DNA from: Somniosus microcephalus | Taxonomy: Eukaryota | Assembly (NCBI GenBank): GCA_052327205.1 | Contig: CM126231.1 | Span: forward strand, 17,236,001 to 17,300,000 | DNA length: 64,000 nucleotides | Direction of reading: 5' to 3' | Part shown: one piece after another, positions 62,976 through 64,000 of the stretch | How positions within the stretch are numbered: position 1 is the first letter of the stretch | Layout: each line of letters begins with the position of its first letter | Notes under the pieces: generated by a model | The model's database searches: none | The model's input: the letters and a program-made list of their open reading frames with translations, nothing else | Told to the model about the DNA's origin: nothing | Made by a program: the position numbers and the translations under genes

Positions 62976-64000
62976 TGTGAGAGCCTCCTGAAGCTCTGGG
63001 GATAATGCAGATATTTATGTTATTAGATGAACTGGTAGGTTCCACAGTTTTAATGTAATTTTGTCATTACTCCCCTCCCCAGTGAAATCTTGGTGGGTTG
63101 CTTTGGGTCATGCAGTCAGGATGGGGGGCTGGCGATCTCTCAGGCCTCCGTCAGCGGTCAATGGCACAGTTCTGCTGCTGATTTTCACCTGAGTACACCA
63201 TCGTCCAGTTTTTCTTCTCTCTCTCTCATCTCCTCCCACCCTATTTTCCCCACGTTTAACCCACGATAAACTACACATTAACTGAGCTTTAAACAGTTAA
63301 ATAAATTCCCTTACATTTTGCCGTTAAAAATTTTTCTTGAAAAGTCGATAGTTATCCAACTTTTGTCTGCCTTACTAAAGGACAAGATACTGACGGCAGC
63401 ATTTAGGTGTCTAATAGGCAAGAAATCCAGAAGCTAAGATATTAAGAAGCCAGTATGGAAGCTCGCTGAGGATTTGAACTTCGAGTGTGGCATTTTCTCA
63501 GATTTTTCTGTGTGTTAATCTGGGGTAAACTTAAATATACAGCCACAGCAAAAGAGAATTCCCTAATAAAACTACTAATTCTATCTCACTAGTTCCATCA
63601 ATGTTAACTGGGTATAAAGTGAGGCTGCAATATATGGACCTTAGCAGGCTAGTCTCATTAGTATGAACATTCATTGTTATCTCTTGCAATGCACAGTCAT
63701 TGTTTACGAGTGGGGGGGAAAAAAAACTATCCTGTATAATTATAAGAAGTGTAATTCATAAAGATGCCACTTGCATGCTGTTTGAAACAATTGCAGACGC
63801 CAAATTCTAACCTTAACTTGCAAGAACATTTGGTATTTAGAAGTACAGCTCCGAGCATTAAGTGACAGGAAGTAAGTGTAGGCTTTATTTGTTTAACCAA
63901 TGTTACCCGTTATCTTTTCAATTGAGTACCGAGGGGTCAGTTTCCATCCCCCCCCCCCCCCCCCTTCTCCTGAGTGAAACTAACGTGTGTCGTTTAAAAA

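Noticed and set aside
61506-64000. Next expected exons (EPQTTVIHNP..., hub domain)
   Set aside because: Not found by eye; presumably downstream of the window.

Overview
Eukaryotic genomic DNA, most likely from a shark or other elasmobranch (inferred from HE1/V-SINE, DeuSINE-like and CR1/L2 repeats). The window lies inside one plus-strand gene, CaM kinase II beta (CAMK2B). Ten coding exons with GT-AG boundaries can be read by eye. Six (2071-13315) encode the C-terminal kinase lobe and regulatory segment, and four (17064-61505) are variable-linker exons. One linker exon is a 33-nt KRKSSSSVQLM nuclear-localisation exon, which is not part of the standard mammalian beta isoforms. The N-terminal kinase exons and hub-domain exons lie outside the window. 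The introns hold a nearly complete CR1 LINE (esterase ORF1, endonuclease/RT ORF2), several truncated CR1 and L2 copies, at least four tRNA-derived SINE families and four minisatellites. The minisatellites and LINEs explain all the long ORFs in the track. The main leads are the NLS exon, oppositely oriented CR1 copies that form an 85-bp hairpin and bracket that exon, several candidate unannotated linker exons and splice structures, and a duplicated ~110-nt intronic element. No prokaryote-type novel system was seen. Repeat family names come from recalled consensus features, not a database search.
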